Source: an uncultured Methanosarcinales archaeon (lineage in GTDB: Archaea; Nanobdellota; Nanobdellia; Woesearchaeales; UBA583). From it: DNA of 64,000 bases. The notes under the pieces are model-generated. The model saw only the letters and a program-made list of their open reading frames with translations, was not told the DNA's origin and did no database searches. Where the stretch lies: contig CAYSDY010000001.1 of NCBI GenBank assembly GCA_964429995.1, positions 157,777 through 221,776 on the forward strand, written 5' to 3'. A program made the translations under genes and the position numbers. The number at the start of each line of letters is the position of its first letter. Position 1 is the first letter of the stretch. This document shows positions 1 to 9,326 of this stretch, one piece after another.

Positions 1-775
1 AGAAAATATTTTTAAAAATATAATGCCATTGTCATTAAACAAAGATTATTTTAACATATTTATGTTTCATACAACAATAGAAGAATTAGTAAAAGATGAT
101 AAATATAATTTTAAGAAAAACTTTTTATCCATACTCCCAAAAGGTTTTAATTATTATGCTGGAGGACATATACATAAAAATATTATAGTTAATGAACAAG
201 ATTTTGTAATTTCATACTCAGGGGCATTATTTCCAAATAACTTTACAGAACTTAAAACATTAAAACCATCATATAACTGTTGTGAATATGACTTTAATGA
301 TAAAAAATTAATAGTAAAACATAAAGAAATAAACACATATGATACAATGCATATTTTAGTAGAAATAAATAATAATACGCCAATAGAAGCAAAGAACATT
401 TTAATAGATTCAATACCTATTAAGGAAGTTGCTGGCAAGATAATTCTACTTGAAATAAAAGGAGTTGTTGATGGCAAAATTAGTGATATTGATATAAATA
501 ATGTTGTAGAAAAGATATATATACATAATGCATTAATTGTTCTTAAGAATACATCAAATTTAAAATCATCATTAAGTCAAGATATTGATAAAGAAAACAT
601 TTGCATTGATAACTCAAAGATAGAACAGGATATGGTTAATAAATATATAAATGATTATGATGAACTAAAAATAGTAGAAAATCTTTTACAACTAAACCTT
701 GAACAATTAGAAGAAGAAACAAAAAAACAATATAATCAAAGAGTTTTAGAAATGATTAAAAAAGTTTTTCAATAA
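1..775 (+). CDS. mre11: Mre11/SbcD-like DNA repair exonuclease, C-terminal part (probably starts before the window)
   Basis: Metallophosphoesterase motifs FMFH and YYAGGHIH followed by YSGALFPNNFTEL; N-terminal DxH/GD motifs are absent, so the gene is likely cut by the window edge. Confidence 0.7.
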   Translation, partial: ENIFKNIMPLSLNKDYFNIFMFHTTIEELVKDDKYNFKKNFLSILPKGFNYYAGGHIHKNIIVNEQDFVISYSGALFPNNFTELKTLKPSYNCCEYDFNDKKLIVKHKEINTYDTMHILVEINNNTPIEAKNILIDSIPIKEVAGKIILLEIKGVVDGKISDIDINNVVEKIYIHNALIVLKNTSNLKSSLSQDIDKENICIDNSKIEQDMVNKYINDYDELKIVENLLQLNLEQLEEETKKQYNQRVLEMIKKVFQ

Positions 776-799
776 ACATTTTACTTAAGAATTTTGAAT

Positions 800-1459
800 T
801 TATTTTTTAATAAAATTAATATAAAAATTACCCTCAAAATGTAGGGTATCATTTACTTTAAAACCTGTATTTTCTATTAAGTTTATTAATTCTTTTTCTT
901 TAAAAAAATAATAAAATCTTTCTATTTTAATATCTTTAAAATTAAAGTAAACTTTCATTATATTTTTATCTGATGTATATTCAAACTTTCCTTTTTGGAG
1001 CTGATTTTCTATAAAGTCTTCTTTTGGAATCCATACAGACATTAAAATTTGTGCATTAGGTTTAAATATTTTTAAAAAGTTTTTTAAGGCTTTTTTTTGA
1101 ATATCTGAATCGGTTAAATGATGAAATGATGCAATGCATATTCCAAAATCAAAATAATTATCAAAACCTTCTATGTTTGATAAGTCTGATTTTATAGTTT
1201 TAAATCCTTTATCTCTTGCAATTTTTAACTGATTTTCTGAAAAATCAAGACCAAAAATATTATCTTTTAAAAAACCTGATTCTTGTGCAAGTTGTAAATG
1301 CCTTCCTGTGCCACATCCAAGATCAATTATTTTTAAGTCGTTTTTTGTGATAGATGATTTTAAGAAATCCTGTACTGGTTTCCAATAATAACTTCTTTTT
1401 TTCTCCCATTCAGTTGAAATCGTATCGTATGCTTTCCTGTTTGCAAGATTTAAATCCAT
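800..1459 (-). CDS. Class I SAM-dependent methyltransferase, Trm9/ALKBH8-like
   Basis: IIDLGCGTGRH motif I, LDFS, CIASFHHL, MSVW, ERFYYFF; start moved to ATG at 1459 because the longer ORF runs through the tRNA. Confidence 0.75.
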   Translation of the reverse strand: MDLNLANRKAYDTISTEWEKKRSYYWKPVQDFLKSSITKNDLKIIDLGCGTGRHLQLAQESGFLKDNIFGLDFSENQLKIARDKGFKTIKSDLSNIEGFDNYFDFGICIASFHHLTDSDIQKKALKNFLKIFKPNAQILMSVWIPKEDFIENQLQKGKFEYTSDKNIMKVYFNFKDIKIERFYYFFKEKELINLIENTGFKVNDTLHFEGNFYINFIKK

Positions 1460-1475
1460 TTCAAAATTAAGTTTA

Positions 1476-1548
1476 TAGTCCCGCCCAGATTCGAACTGGG
1501 GTCTCCAGATCCAGAGTCTGAAATGATGGTCCACTACACTACGGGACT
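1476..1548 (-). tRNA. tRNA-Gln(CTG), no intron, CCA not encoded
   Basis: Reverse complement AGTCCCG...CGGGACT-A acceptor stem with archaeal A1-U72; anticodon arm TCAGA-CT-CTG-GA-TCTGG; T-loop TTCGAAT. Confidence 0.95.
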
Positions 1549-1625
1549 ATTGTTAAGATAATAAAATCAATATCCATTTATAAATATAGTGTTGTTAAGA
1601 TTGTTATTATTTTTATCCTTTTATT

Positions 1626-1814
1626 GAGAATTTAAAAAAACACCTAAATTTTAAGAATAGTGTTAGCAAAAAACCCTTATAAGCCCGAATTGAACATATT
1701 CAAAGGAATGATAAAAAATCGCAGTAAAAAAAATTGAGTGATAAATATCCCATCACTTATGGTGTGAATAACTCAAATTGTGCGATTTTTGTTTTATAGG
1801 TTTTTTACAACCCC
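1626..1814. mobile_element. MITE-like element copy 1 (189 bp)
   Basis: Near-identical to 6879-7121; ends GAGAATTTAAAAAAAC / GTTTTTTACAACCCC; flanked by TATT at 1622-1625 and 1815-1818. Confidence 0.7.
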
Positions 1815-1816
1815 TA

Positions 1817-2560
1817 TTATTCATAATTATTGTTTATTTTTTCTTTAACATAAAATTCTAAAAGATATTTAAGATTTTCTATATCTTCCTGATTATATTT
1901 TAACAGTTTTGCTAATGCAGTTTCATCTCCTTTTAGATATCTTTTCCATAATCTTACCGCTTCAAAACCATCAACACCAACAACTTCTTGAGAACGTTTA
2001 ACGCCTAAATCTTGTTCAATTTTTTTTAAACCACCATAATAACCCAATTCTTTTAAAAGAAAGCGTAAATCAAGATGTATCTTGTTGTCGAATTTACATC
2101 CAAACTTATACTCTATGAAAGGAATATCAAAGGTTTTCCCATTAAAAGTAACTATAATATCGTACTTATCAATTTCAGATATTGCATTTTCTATATCAAT
2201 TCCATTTATAAATATTTTTGACTCTTTCCCATTATAAATTCCAATAAGTGTTATTTCATCACAGTATCTTGAAAGACCTGTTGTTTCTATATCTAAAAAA
2301 CATATGTTTCCAAAATTGGCTAACCTGTAGTGAAGTTTTGAATTTAGTTTATTTTTAAAATAGTTAATGTCTTTATCATCTAAAAAATTTTTAGAGTTTT
2401 CTAATTCTTTTAATATGTTTGAAATTTGTGTTTTTGAAAGAAAATTTATATTTTCTGCGTTGTCTATAAAATCCTGCCATGAATTTATGTTATTTTTCCA
2501 TATTAATCTTTCTGTATCTTCTGTAATGCCTTTTATATGGCAAAAAGTGTTTCTTATCAT
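1817..2560 (-). CDS. YprB-like RNase H-fold (RNase_H_2) exonuclease
   Basis: FLDIETTGL, VTFNGKTFDIPF, HLDL, GGLKKIE, YNQED motifs; N-terminal HhH-like segment. Confidence 0.85.
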   Translation of the reverse strand: MIRNTFCHIKGITEDTERLIWKNNINSWQDFIDNAENINFLSKTQISNILKELENSKNFLDDKDINYFKNKLNSKLHYRLANFGNICFLDIETTGLSRYCDEITLIGIYNGKESKIFINGIDIENAISEIDKYDIIVTFNGKTFDIPFIEYKFGCKFDNKIHLDLRFLLKELGYYGGLKKIEQDLGVKRSQEVVGVDGFEAVRLWKRYLKGDETALAKLLKYNQEDIENLKYLLEFYVKEKINNNYE

Positions 2561-2634
2561 AAGAAATAAAATTTTAAAAGATATTATAAAAGTATGTAAA
2601 CCAAACCTAGTCAGTAAAATATTTTAAAAAAATA

Positions 2635-4593
2635 TTAAAGAGATTTATTGTCTTTTTCTGTCTTTAACATTTGTATAAATTCATCAATCCCCAACTTAAA
2701 CTCTTCATTTTTGCCATCTACTATTTTTCTGCTTCTTATTGATAACTTATTATTTTCAATGTCTTTATCTCCTATTATTATAATATAATTGGGTTTATCA
2801 TTATCTATTGCAAGCCTTATCCTGTTTGCAAGTGTCTCATTGGAATAATTTGATTCAACCCTAAATCCTGTGTTTTCTAATTTATTTTTTATCTGTTCAC
2901 AATATTCAATATGTCTATCTGAAACATTAATGATCTTAATCTGAACAGGTGAAAGCCATAATGGGAATTTTCCTGCAAAATGTTCTATTAAGATTCCCAT
3001 AAACCTTTCAAATGAACCATATATTACTCTATGTATCATGACTGGTCTTACTCTGTTATCGTTTTCATCCACATATGTCATATCAAACCTTTCTGGAAGA
3101 TTCATATCAAGCTGAACTGTTCCACACTGATGTGTTCTTCCAATAGCATCTTTTAGATGCACATCTATTTTAGGTCCATAAAACGCTCCATCACCTGGAT
3201 TAAGTTTATATCCTTTTCCAAAAGCAATAAGAGCAGATTTTAAACCATTTGTTGCATTTTCCCAATTTTCATCGCTACCTATAGAACCTGATTCAGGCCT
3301 TGTTGATAACTCAAGATGGTATGTTAAACCTAATGATGAATATATCTTATCTAAAAGGTTTAAAACACCTATTATCTGCTCTTTTATTTGATCATGTCGC
3401 ATAAAAATATGTGCATCATCCTGATGAAAACATCTAACCCTAAACAAACCAGTAAGAGCACCTGAAAGTTCGTGCCTGTGAACTAAACCTATCTCTCCTG
3501 ATTTTATTGGAAATTCTCTGTATGAGTGGGATTTTGTTTTATAGACAAGAATACCTCCTGGGCAATTCATAGGTTTTATTGCATAATCTATATCATCAAC
3601 CTTTGAAGTATACATATTTTCTCTGTAATGAAACCAATGACCTGATGTTTCCCATAAGGTTCTATTTAACATTATTGGTGTTTTTATTATTTCATAACCA
3701 TCAGCCCTATGTAATTTATGCCAATAATCCATAAGTTCATTCCATATAACCATACCTCTATTGTGAAAAAAAGGCATACCAGGAGCATAATCTGAAATTG
3801 AAAATAAATCCATTTGCTTACCTATTAATCTATGATCTCTTTTTTTTGCTTCTTCAATCAATTCATAATGCTTTTTAAGATCTTGTGATGTAAAAAACGC
3901 TGTCCCATATATTCTTGTAAGTTGCTTATTTGAAGAATCAGCACGCCAATAGGCTTTTGTTGTTTTATCAAGTTTGAAAGCTTTTATCTGACCTGTTCTT
4001 GCAATATGAGGGCCACGGCAAAGATCCATAAATTCACCCTGCACATAAAACTTGATAGAATCTTCTTCAAATTCAATCTCTTTTTTCTCATCATCTTTTA
4101 GTTTATTTAGATTAATTGAATTTAAAAGTTCAAGTTTATACTCATTATTTTTGTAAAATTCTTTAGCTTGAGATAATGAAAGATATTTTGTTTGTATTTT
4201 TAGATCTTCACTTATTATTTTTCTCATTTCATTTTCTATATTTTCAAGATCTTCATCTTTTATGCTATCTTCATCAATATCATAATAAAAACCATTATCT
4301 ATTGCAGGACCTATTGCAAGTTTTGCAGACGGATAAAGCCTTGAAATTGCTTGAGCTAGAACATGTGCAACAGAATGTCTTAAGACTTCAAGTGATTGCA
4401 CATTTTTAGATGTTAAAAATTCAACAGATGAATCTTTAGTTATTTCCGTGGTTAAATCAGTTAGGGTTTCATTTACTTTTGCACATAAACTATCTTCTCT
4501 TAATCTTTGAGATATTGATTCTGCAATCTCAGATAAACTAATACCTGCCCTGAATTCTTTTACATCACCATTCGGAAAACTAATTTTAACCAT
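2635..4593 (-). CDS. thrS: Threonine--tRNA ligase, bacterial/eukaryotic type (TGS + editing domain)
   Basis: N-terminal TGS, RHSVAH and DLCRGPH editing motifs, RDHR, KPMNCP, GAFYGPK, PVMIHR. Confidence 0.97.
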   Translation of the reverse strand: MVKISFPNGDVKEFRAGISLSEIAESISQRLREDSLCAKVNETLTDLTTEITKDSSVEFLTSKNVQSLEVLRHSVAHVLAQAISRLYPSAKLAIGPAIDNGFYYDIDEDSIKDEDLENIENEMRKIISEDLKIQTKYLSLSQAKEFYKNNEYKLELLNSINLNKLKDDEKKEIEFEEDSIKFYVQGEFMDLCRGPHIARTGQIKAFKLDKTTKAYWRADSSNKQLTRIYGTAFFTSQDLKKHYELIEEAKKRDHRLIGKQMDLFSISDYAPGMPFFHNRGMVIWNELMDYWHKLHRADGYEIIKTPIMLNRTLWETSGHWFHYRENMYTSKVDDIDYAIKPMNCPGGILVYKTKSHSYREFPIKSGEIGLVHRHELSGALTGLFRVRCFHQDDAHIFMRHDQIKEQIIGVLNLLDKIYSSLGLTYHLELSTRPESGSIGSDENWENATNGLKSALIAFGKGYKLNPGDGAFYGPKIDVHLKDAIGRTHQCGTVQLDMNLPERFDMTYVDENDNRVRPVMIHRVIYGSFERFMGILIEHFAGKFPLWLSPVQIKIINVSDRHIEYCEQIKNKLENTGFRVESNYSNETLANRIRLAIDNDKPNYIIIIGDKDIENNKLSIRSRKIVDGKNEEFKLGIDEFIQMLKTEKDNKSL

Positions 4594-4724
4594 AGTATAA
4601 AGAATTAAACTTAAAAGTTTATAAAACTTGTGAGATATTTCGTTAAAATTTTATTTTGGATGTTTTTGTATAAATCATAACTTTTATAAAACATCCTTGG
4701 AATTTATTTAATAGGTTATAAAAA

Positions 4725-6794
4725 ATGTACGAACTTATTATTTCTGAAAAACCTCAGGCTGCTGAAAAAATTGCAATAGCTCTTGCAGATTCAGGAGTTA
4801 AAAAATTAAGAACAAATAATGTGAATTATTTTTCATTAAAACACAAAGGAAACGATATAATTGTTGCTTCTGCTGTTGGACATCTTTACATCTTAGGAGA
4901 AAAAGGTGGAGAAAGTTGGGAATATCCTATATTTGAAACTGAATGGAAACCTATTTATGTAGTTAACAAAGAAGCTGTGTACACTAAAGATTACATAAAG
5001 ACTCTGACAGAGTTAGGCAAAAAAGCAAATAGTGTTACAATCGCTTCAGATTTTGATATTGAAGGTGAAGTTATAGGACTTAATGTCTTAAGATTTGCAA
5101 TTGGTAGAACTGATGCGTGCAGAATGAAATTTTCAACACTTACAAAAAATGAACTTATTAAATCTTATGAAAACAAATTGCCTTCTATTGAATGGGGACA
5201 GGCAAAAGCGGGTGAAACAAGACATAACCTTGATTGGTTTTATGGAATAAATTTAAGTCGTGCCTTCACTGAAAGTATAAAAAAAGGAGTTAACCAGTTT
5301 AAAGTTTTATCTTCAGGAAGGGTTCAAGCTCCATCATTGCATTTTCTTGCACAAAGAGAAAAAAAGATAATGGATTTTAAACCTGAAAAGTATTGGGAAA
5401 TTTTACTATTTGCAAATTCTTTAGGAATAGATTTTGAAGCAAAATATGAAACTGATAAGATTTTTGAAAAGGAAACCGCAAATAAAATTGTTGAGAACAC
5501 TACTGGTAAAAATGGATTTGTTAAGGATATAACATCAAAACAATTCAAACAAGCTGTTCCTATTCCTTTTGATCTTACATCTTTACAGATGGAAGCTAAC
5601 ACAATGTTTTCATACACACCAAAAATAACACTTGAAATCGCACAAAAGCTATATATTGAAGGTGTTACATCATATCCTAGAACATCTTCTCAAAAACTTC
5701 CAAAAGAGCTAGAACTTGACAAAATAATTGATAAGCTAAAAAAACAAAAAGATTATGCAATACTTGCTGAAAAAGTGTTAAAAATAAATCCAAAACTTAA
5801 ACCAAATGAAGGTCCTAAAACAGATCCAGCACATCCAGCAATATATCCAACAGGCGAGATGCCTAAAAACCTAAACCCTCAGGAACAAAAATTGTATGAT
5901 CTTATATGCAAAAGATTTTTTGCTGTTTTTGGAAAAGATGCCATAAGAGAAACCAATACTGCAATAATTGATGTTAACTCTTATAATTTTATACTTAAGG
6001 GAACAAGAACTGCTCAAAGAAATTGGCATGAATTGTATGAACCATATTTAAAATTTGAAGAAGTTGAAATTCCACAACTTGAAAAGGGGAAGGAGATATT
6101 TAACAAAGAAATTAAAAATACTGAAAAAGAAACTTCTGCTCCAAAACGTTATACGCAGGCCTCAATAATAAAAGAACTTGAAAAAAGAAATCTTGGAACA
6201 AAAGCAACAAGAGCTGCTATTCTTGAAAGTCTTTACAGTAGAGGATATATTGTTGATAAATCTATAAAAGTTACAGAATTAGGACTTAAGATGGATGAGG
6301 TAATATCACAGGAATTACCTATAATTGTAGACGAAAAACTTACACGGGAATTTGAAGAAGAAATGCAAAAAATAAGAGATGGAAAATCTACTCCTGAAAA
6401 AATACTTAATACTGCAAAAGAAAAATTAATGTCTGTACTTAGCGATGTTAAAAAAAAAGAAAAAGAACTTGGAATAAAACTTGCAGGAGCAAATTATCAA
6501 GCACAAAAAGAACTTGATAAATTTGGCAAATGTCCTGTATGTGGCGTTGGGGATATAGTATTAAGAAAATCACATAAAACAAACAAAAGATTTGCTGGAT
6601 GCAATAATTATCCAAAATGTACAAACATATATCCTTTGCCACAAGAAGGTAGTATAGAAAAACTTGATAATCCATGCCCTGAATGCTCTGCTCCAATGAT
6701 AGTTTTAAACCGTAAAGGTAAAAAACCTTGGAGATTTTGCATAAATCCAAATTGCCCTTCAAAAAAGAATGAAAAGGCAGAGCAAGAGAGTTGA
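4725..6794 (+). CDS. topA: DNA topoisomerase IA with C-terminal zinc ribbons
   Basis: ISEKP, AVGH, ASDFDIEGE (TOPRIM), SSGRVQ, catalytic SYPRT, AHPAIYPT, C4 zinc ribbons. Confidence 0.96.
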   Translation: MYELIISEKPQAAEKIAIALADSGVKKLRTNNVNYFSLKHKGNDIIVASAVGHLYILGEKGGESWEYPIFETEWKPIYVVNKEAVYTKDYIKTLTELGKKANSVTIASDFDIEGEVIGLNVLRFAIGRTDACRMKFSTLTKNELIKSYENKLPSIEWGQAKAGETRHNLDWFYGINLSRAFTESIKKGVNQFKVLSSGRVQAPSLHFLAQREKKIMDFKPEKYWEILLFANSLGIDFEAKYETDKIFEKETANKIVENTTGKNGFVKDITSKQFKQAVPIPFDLTSLQMEANTMFSYTPKITLEIAQKLYIEGVTSYPRTSSQKLPKELELDKIIDKLKKQKDYAILAEKVLKINPKLKPNEGPKTDPAHPAIYPTGEMPKNLNPQEQKLYDLICKRFFAVFGKDAIRETNTAIIDVNSYNFILKGTRTAQRNWHELYEPYLKFEEVEIPQLEKGKEIFNKEIKNTEKETSAPKRYTQASIIKELEKRNLGTKATRAAILESLYSRGYIVDKSIKVTELGLKMDEVISQELPIIVDEKLTREFEEEMQKIRDGKSTPEKILNTAKEKLMSVLSDVKKKEKELGIKLAGANYQAQKELDKFGKCPVCGVGDIVLRKSHKTNKRFAGCNNYPKCTNIYPLPQEGSIEKLDNPCPECSAPMIVLNRKGKKPWRFCINPNCPSKKNEKAEQES

Positions 6795-6878
6795 TTTAAT
6801 AATTTTTTATCTACTAAAACTTGTAATTGTTATTTGATGTTAAATATTTTTTTTTAATTATAAGAACTAAGAATTATT

Positions 6879-7121
6879 GAGAATTTTTAAAAAACCCAAA
6901 AAATTCTCAGAAAAGTGTTATCAAAAAACCCTTATAAGTTCTAATTGAACAAGTTCAACTCCAAATTTATTCCTTTTAATATTCCACGGTATAGCAGTGG
7001 AGTATTAAAAGGAATGATCAAAAATCGCAGTAAAAAAATTTGAGTGATAAATATCCCATCACTTATGGTGTGAACAACTCAAATTTTGCGATTTTTGTTT
7101 TATAGGTTTTTTACAACCCTC
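6879..7121. mobile_element. MITE-like element copy 2 (243 bp, longest)
   Basis: Ends GAGAATTTTTAAAAAACC / GGTTTTTTACAACCCTC; flanked by TATT at 6875-6878 and 7122-7125; nested hairpins. Confidence 0.72.
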
Positions 7122-7123
7122 TA

Positions 7124-7663
7124 TTATTTTAGCATATGATATGATAATACTTCTATTTCTTTATACATTGCTGTTGAATCATTTGCTAATATTTTATGAC
7201 AATTATTATCATATGTTGCATCCTCTTGAGAAAATATGATTGTGAAACGATTACAATCAAGTTCATCAGAATATATTCCTGTTATTTTAAAGGATGCAAG
7301 TATTCTATCTAAAAGATACCTTGTATCTGAGGTAATGCTAAAATTTCCTTCTTTATATATGTAAACTGTTTTTTGCGATTTTATTGATGATGCTAGGTTT
7401 TTCATTGCTAAATTGCCTTCAAATCCTGCAATATCTGTATAAATAAAAGTATATCCTGATTTTACAGAACCCCAGAAAACCTGCCCATCAGAATTAAATT
7501 GTTGCAGTGGAATATCCTGCTGTTTATTCGATGATGAAAAAGATCCACTAGAAACTGCAATACCTAGTACTGATAATACCATCAATAATAAAAGAAATAT
7601 ACTAGTGTAAACTGTTTTTTTATCTACAATATCATCGTTTGTTTTTCTTGATGCTTTAACCAT
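7124..7663 (-). CDS. Hypothetical protein with N-terminal membrane anchor
   Basis: 179-aa ORF; basic N-terminus followed by a hydrophobic helix. Confidence 0.75.
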   Translation of the reverse strand: MVKASRKTNDDIVDKKTVYTSIFLLLLMVLSVLGIAVSSGSFSSSNKQQDIPLQQFNSDGQVFWGSVKSGYTFIYTDIAGFEGNLAMKNLASSIKSQKTVYIYKEGNFSITSDTRYLLDRILASFKITGIYSDELDCNRFTIIFSQEDATYDNNCHKILANDSTAMYKEIEVLSYHMLK

Positions 7664-7664
7664 T

Positions 7665-7904
7665 TTATAGCCAATCTCCTTTTTTTGTTAAAATAGCGTT
7701 TCCTGCAGTTTTAGGTGCATTTGCAAGAAAACTTTCCCTAAATAAAATATATTCCTCAATGGTCTTAGGCTTATCAGATTCATCCCTAAAACAAGTTGGT
7801 TGTATTATTTTAAAATCAGATTTTACACCTATATCTTTTAGTGCAATCATAAAGTTATCCATTATTTCTTTTGCCTGTTTTTTTACAAGATCATGTTCTT
7901 CCAT
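7665..7904 (-). CDS. gatC: Probable Asp-tRNA(Asn)/Glu-tRNA(Gln) amidotransferase subunit C
   Basis: ~79 aa from MEEHDL; AKEIMDNF...FRDE...FLANAPKT...KGDW pattern resembles archaeal GatC. Confidence 0.6.
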   Translation of the reverse strand: MEEHDLVKKQAKEIMDNFMIALKDIGVKSDFKIIQPTCFRDESDKPKTIEEYILFRESFLANAPKTAGNAILTKKGDWL

Positions 7905-8049
7905 AATATCTATACTATCACAATATTTAAAAATTTTTATATTTTTTTTGTGATTATAAATATTAATAAGAGATAATTCAATGATTTTTAACCTGACTAA
8001 CGTTAAGCTATATGATGTTAAAATTGCTTTAAAATAAAACAAAAATTTG

Positions 8050-8841
8050 TTAATTTCTCATAAGTGTTGTCCAAAAAAGCACAAATATCATGACTATTGT
8101 ACTGAATATGAAAAAAAATACCGTATATCCTAAACTGTTAAATAAGAATGTTGTAATAAAACCTAAAAATACTATCATCATTGATGAATACCAAGAAAAT
8201 TTGTGTCTGAAAAATACTTCAAAACCAACTGTGCCAAGTATAGGAATCAGTCCAACGATTGCAATCCAATAAGTATAACCTAAAAACCATAAAAATATTT
8301 TATCGTTTGTTAAATTGTACAACATTTTAAATATGAAACCTGTAAGAACAAAATACACATAGCTAAGAAAAAGTATTTTTGAATACCTTAAGTTTGAAAC
8401 CATTATATAATAATCCTCAAGATTTTGCTGAGTTCCTAAATACCTGTGTCTTATTTTTGAATATTCGTAACTCCATACTGAAGTAAACATTATTGTTCCT
8501 AATGACAAAATGTATATTGCTAAGGATATAAAGTAAAGTGGAATATGATGAAATTTTTTAAACCTAAATGATAACCTGCTATAATTCATTGCCCAGTACC
8601 TATCAAATTCTGGAATTTTTAAACGAATATCAAAGCCTAATTTAAAAGAGAAATAACGCAAGAAGATCATCATGCATGAAAAAAGTGTAAAGGTATAAAT
8701 GCCAAATATCACAAAATACCCCAATATATTATTGTCTGTATTATTGAATCTTGCAAATGTCATTGAAAACATGAATCCTAATATTAAAGAAATTGCAAGT
8801 ATGTTTTTTTTTTCTTTGCTATTTAACAAAGTGCTTTCCAT
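8050..8841 (-). CDS. Multi-pass membrane protein
   Basis: Several hydrophobic segments; start placed at MESTLL (ATG 8841). Confidence 0.7.
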   Translation of the reverse strand: MESTLLNSKEKKNILAISLILGFMFSMTFARFNNTDNNILGYFVIFGIYTFTLFSCMMIFLRYFSFKLGFDIRLKIPEFDRYWAMNYSRLSFRFKKFHHIPLYFISLAIYILSLGTIMFTSVWSYEYSKIRHRYLGTQQNLEDYYIMVSNLRYSKILFLSYVYFVLTGFIFKMLYNLTNDKIFLWFLGYTYWIAIVGLIPILGTVGFEVFFRHKFSWYSSMMIVFLGFITTFLFNSLGYTVFFFIFSTIVMIFVLFWTTLMRN

Positions 8842-8916
8842 ATTTTTTAGTCTCAATAAAGGTTTATAAATTATTCTATAATCTATTTTATAGTGATTAG
8901 GTAACAAAAATTAAAA

Positions 8917-9297
8917 ATGAATGGAGAAAAAAATATAAGAACTAAAGATGATAAGTTAAAACCTTTATTGCCAACTTTAAGAGATAAAAAAAGATTTATT
9001 AAAATAAAAGTGATACCTGTTGATGAAATTAATTTTAAGTTTGACTTTAATTCTGTTTCTAATGGAATCATTACTGGTGTTATGTTTTTTGCTGGTGCTA
9101 TAGATTATGGTAATTGTGGACTTTGGATACTTAAAGATAAATTTGATTTTGAAAAACAGGAACTTGTTGTAAGAGTATCTTTAAAATATTTTAAAAAGAT
9201 AATCGCATCATTGTTACTTATTAATTCTATTGATTCAAAAAAAATAAAAATTGAAACTATCAAGGTTAGTGGTACATTAAAACAAGTGTGTTCTTAA
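8917..9297 (+). CDS. rnp2: RNase P protein component 2 (Pop5/Rpp14)
   Basis: LKPLLPTLRDKKRFI N-terminal motif and VSGTLK C-terminal motif. Confidence 0.88.
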   Translation: MNGEKNIRTKDDKLKPLLPTLRDKKRFIKIKVIPVDEINFKFDFNSVSNGIITGVMFFAGAIDYGNCGLWILKDKFDFEKQELVVRVSLKYFKKIIASLLLINSIDSKKIKIETIKVSGTLKQVCS

Positions 9298-9326
9298 TTT
9301 TTTTCCTATTAAGAATAATGTAAGAA

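Noticed and set aside
1460..1534. N-terminal extension MDHHFRLWIW... of the methyltransferase
   Set aside because: It is a translation of the tRNA-Gln gene; the real start is ATG 1459
1626..7121. Repeat copies as a CRISPR array or tracrRNA
   Set aside because: No regular repeat-spacer periodicity and no cas genes in the window
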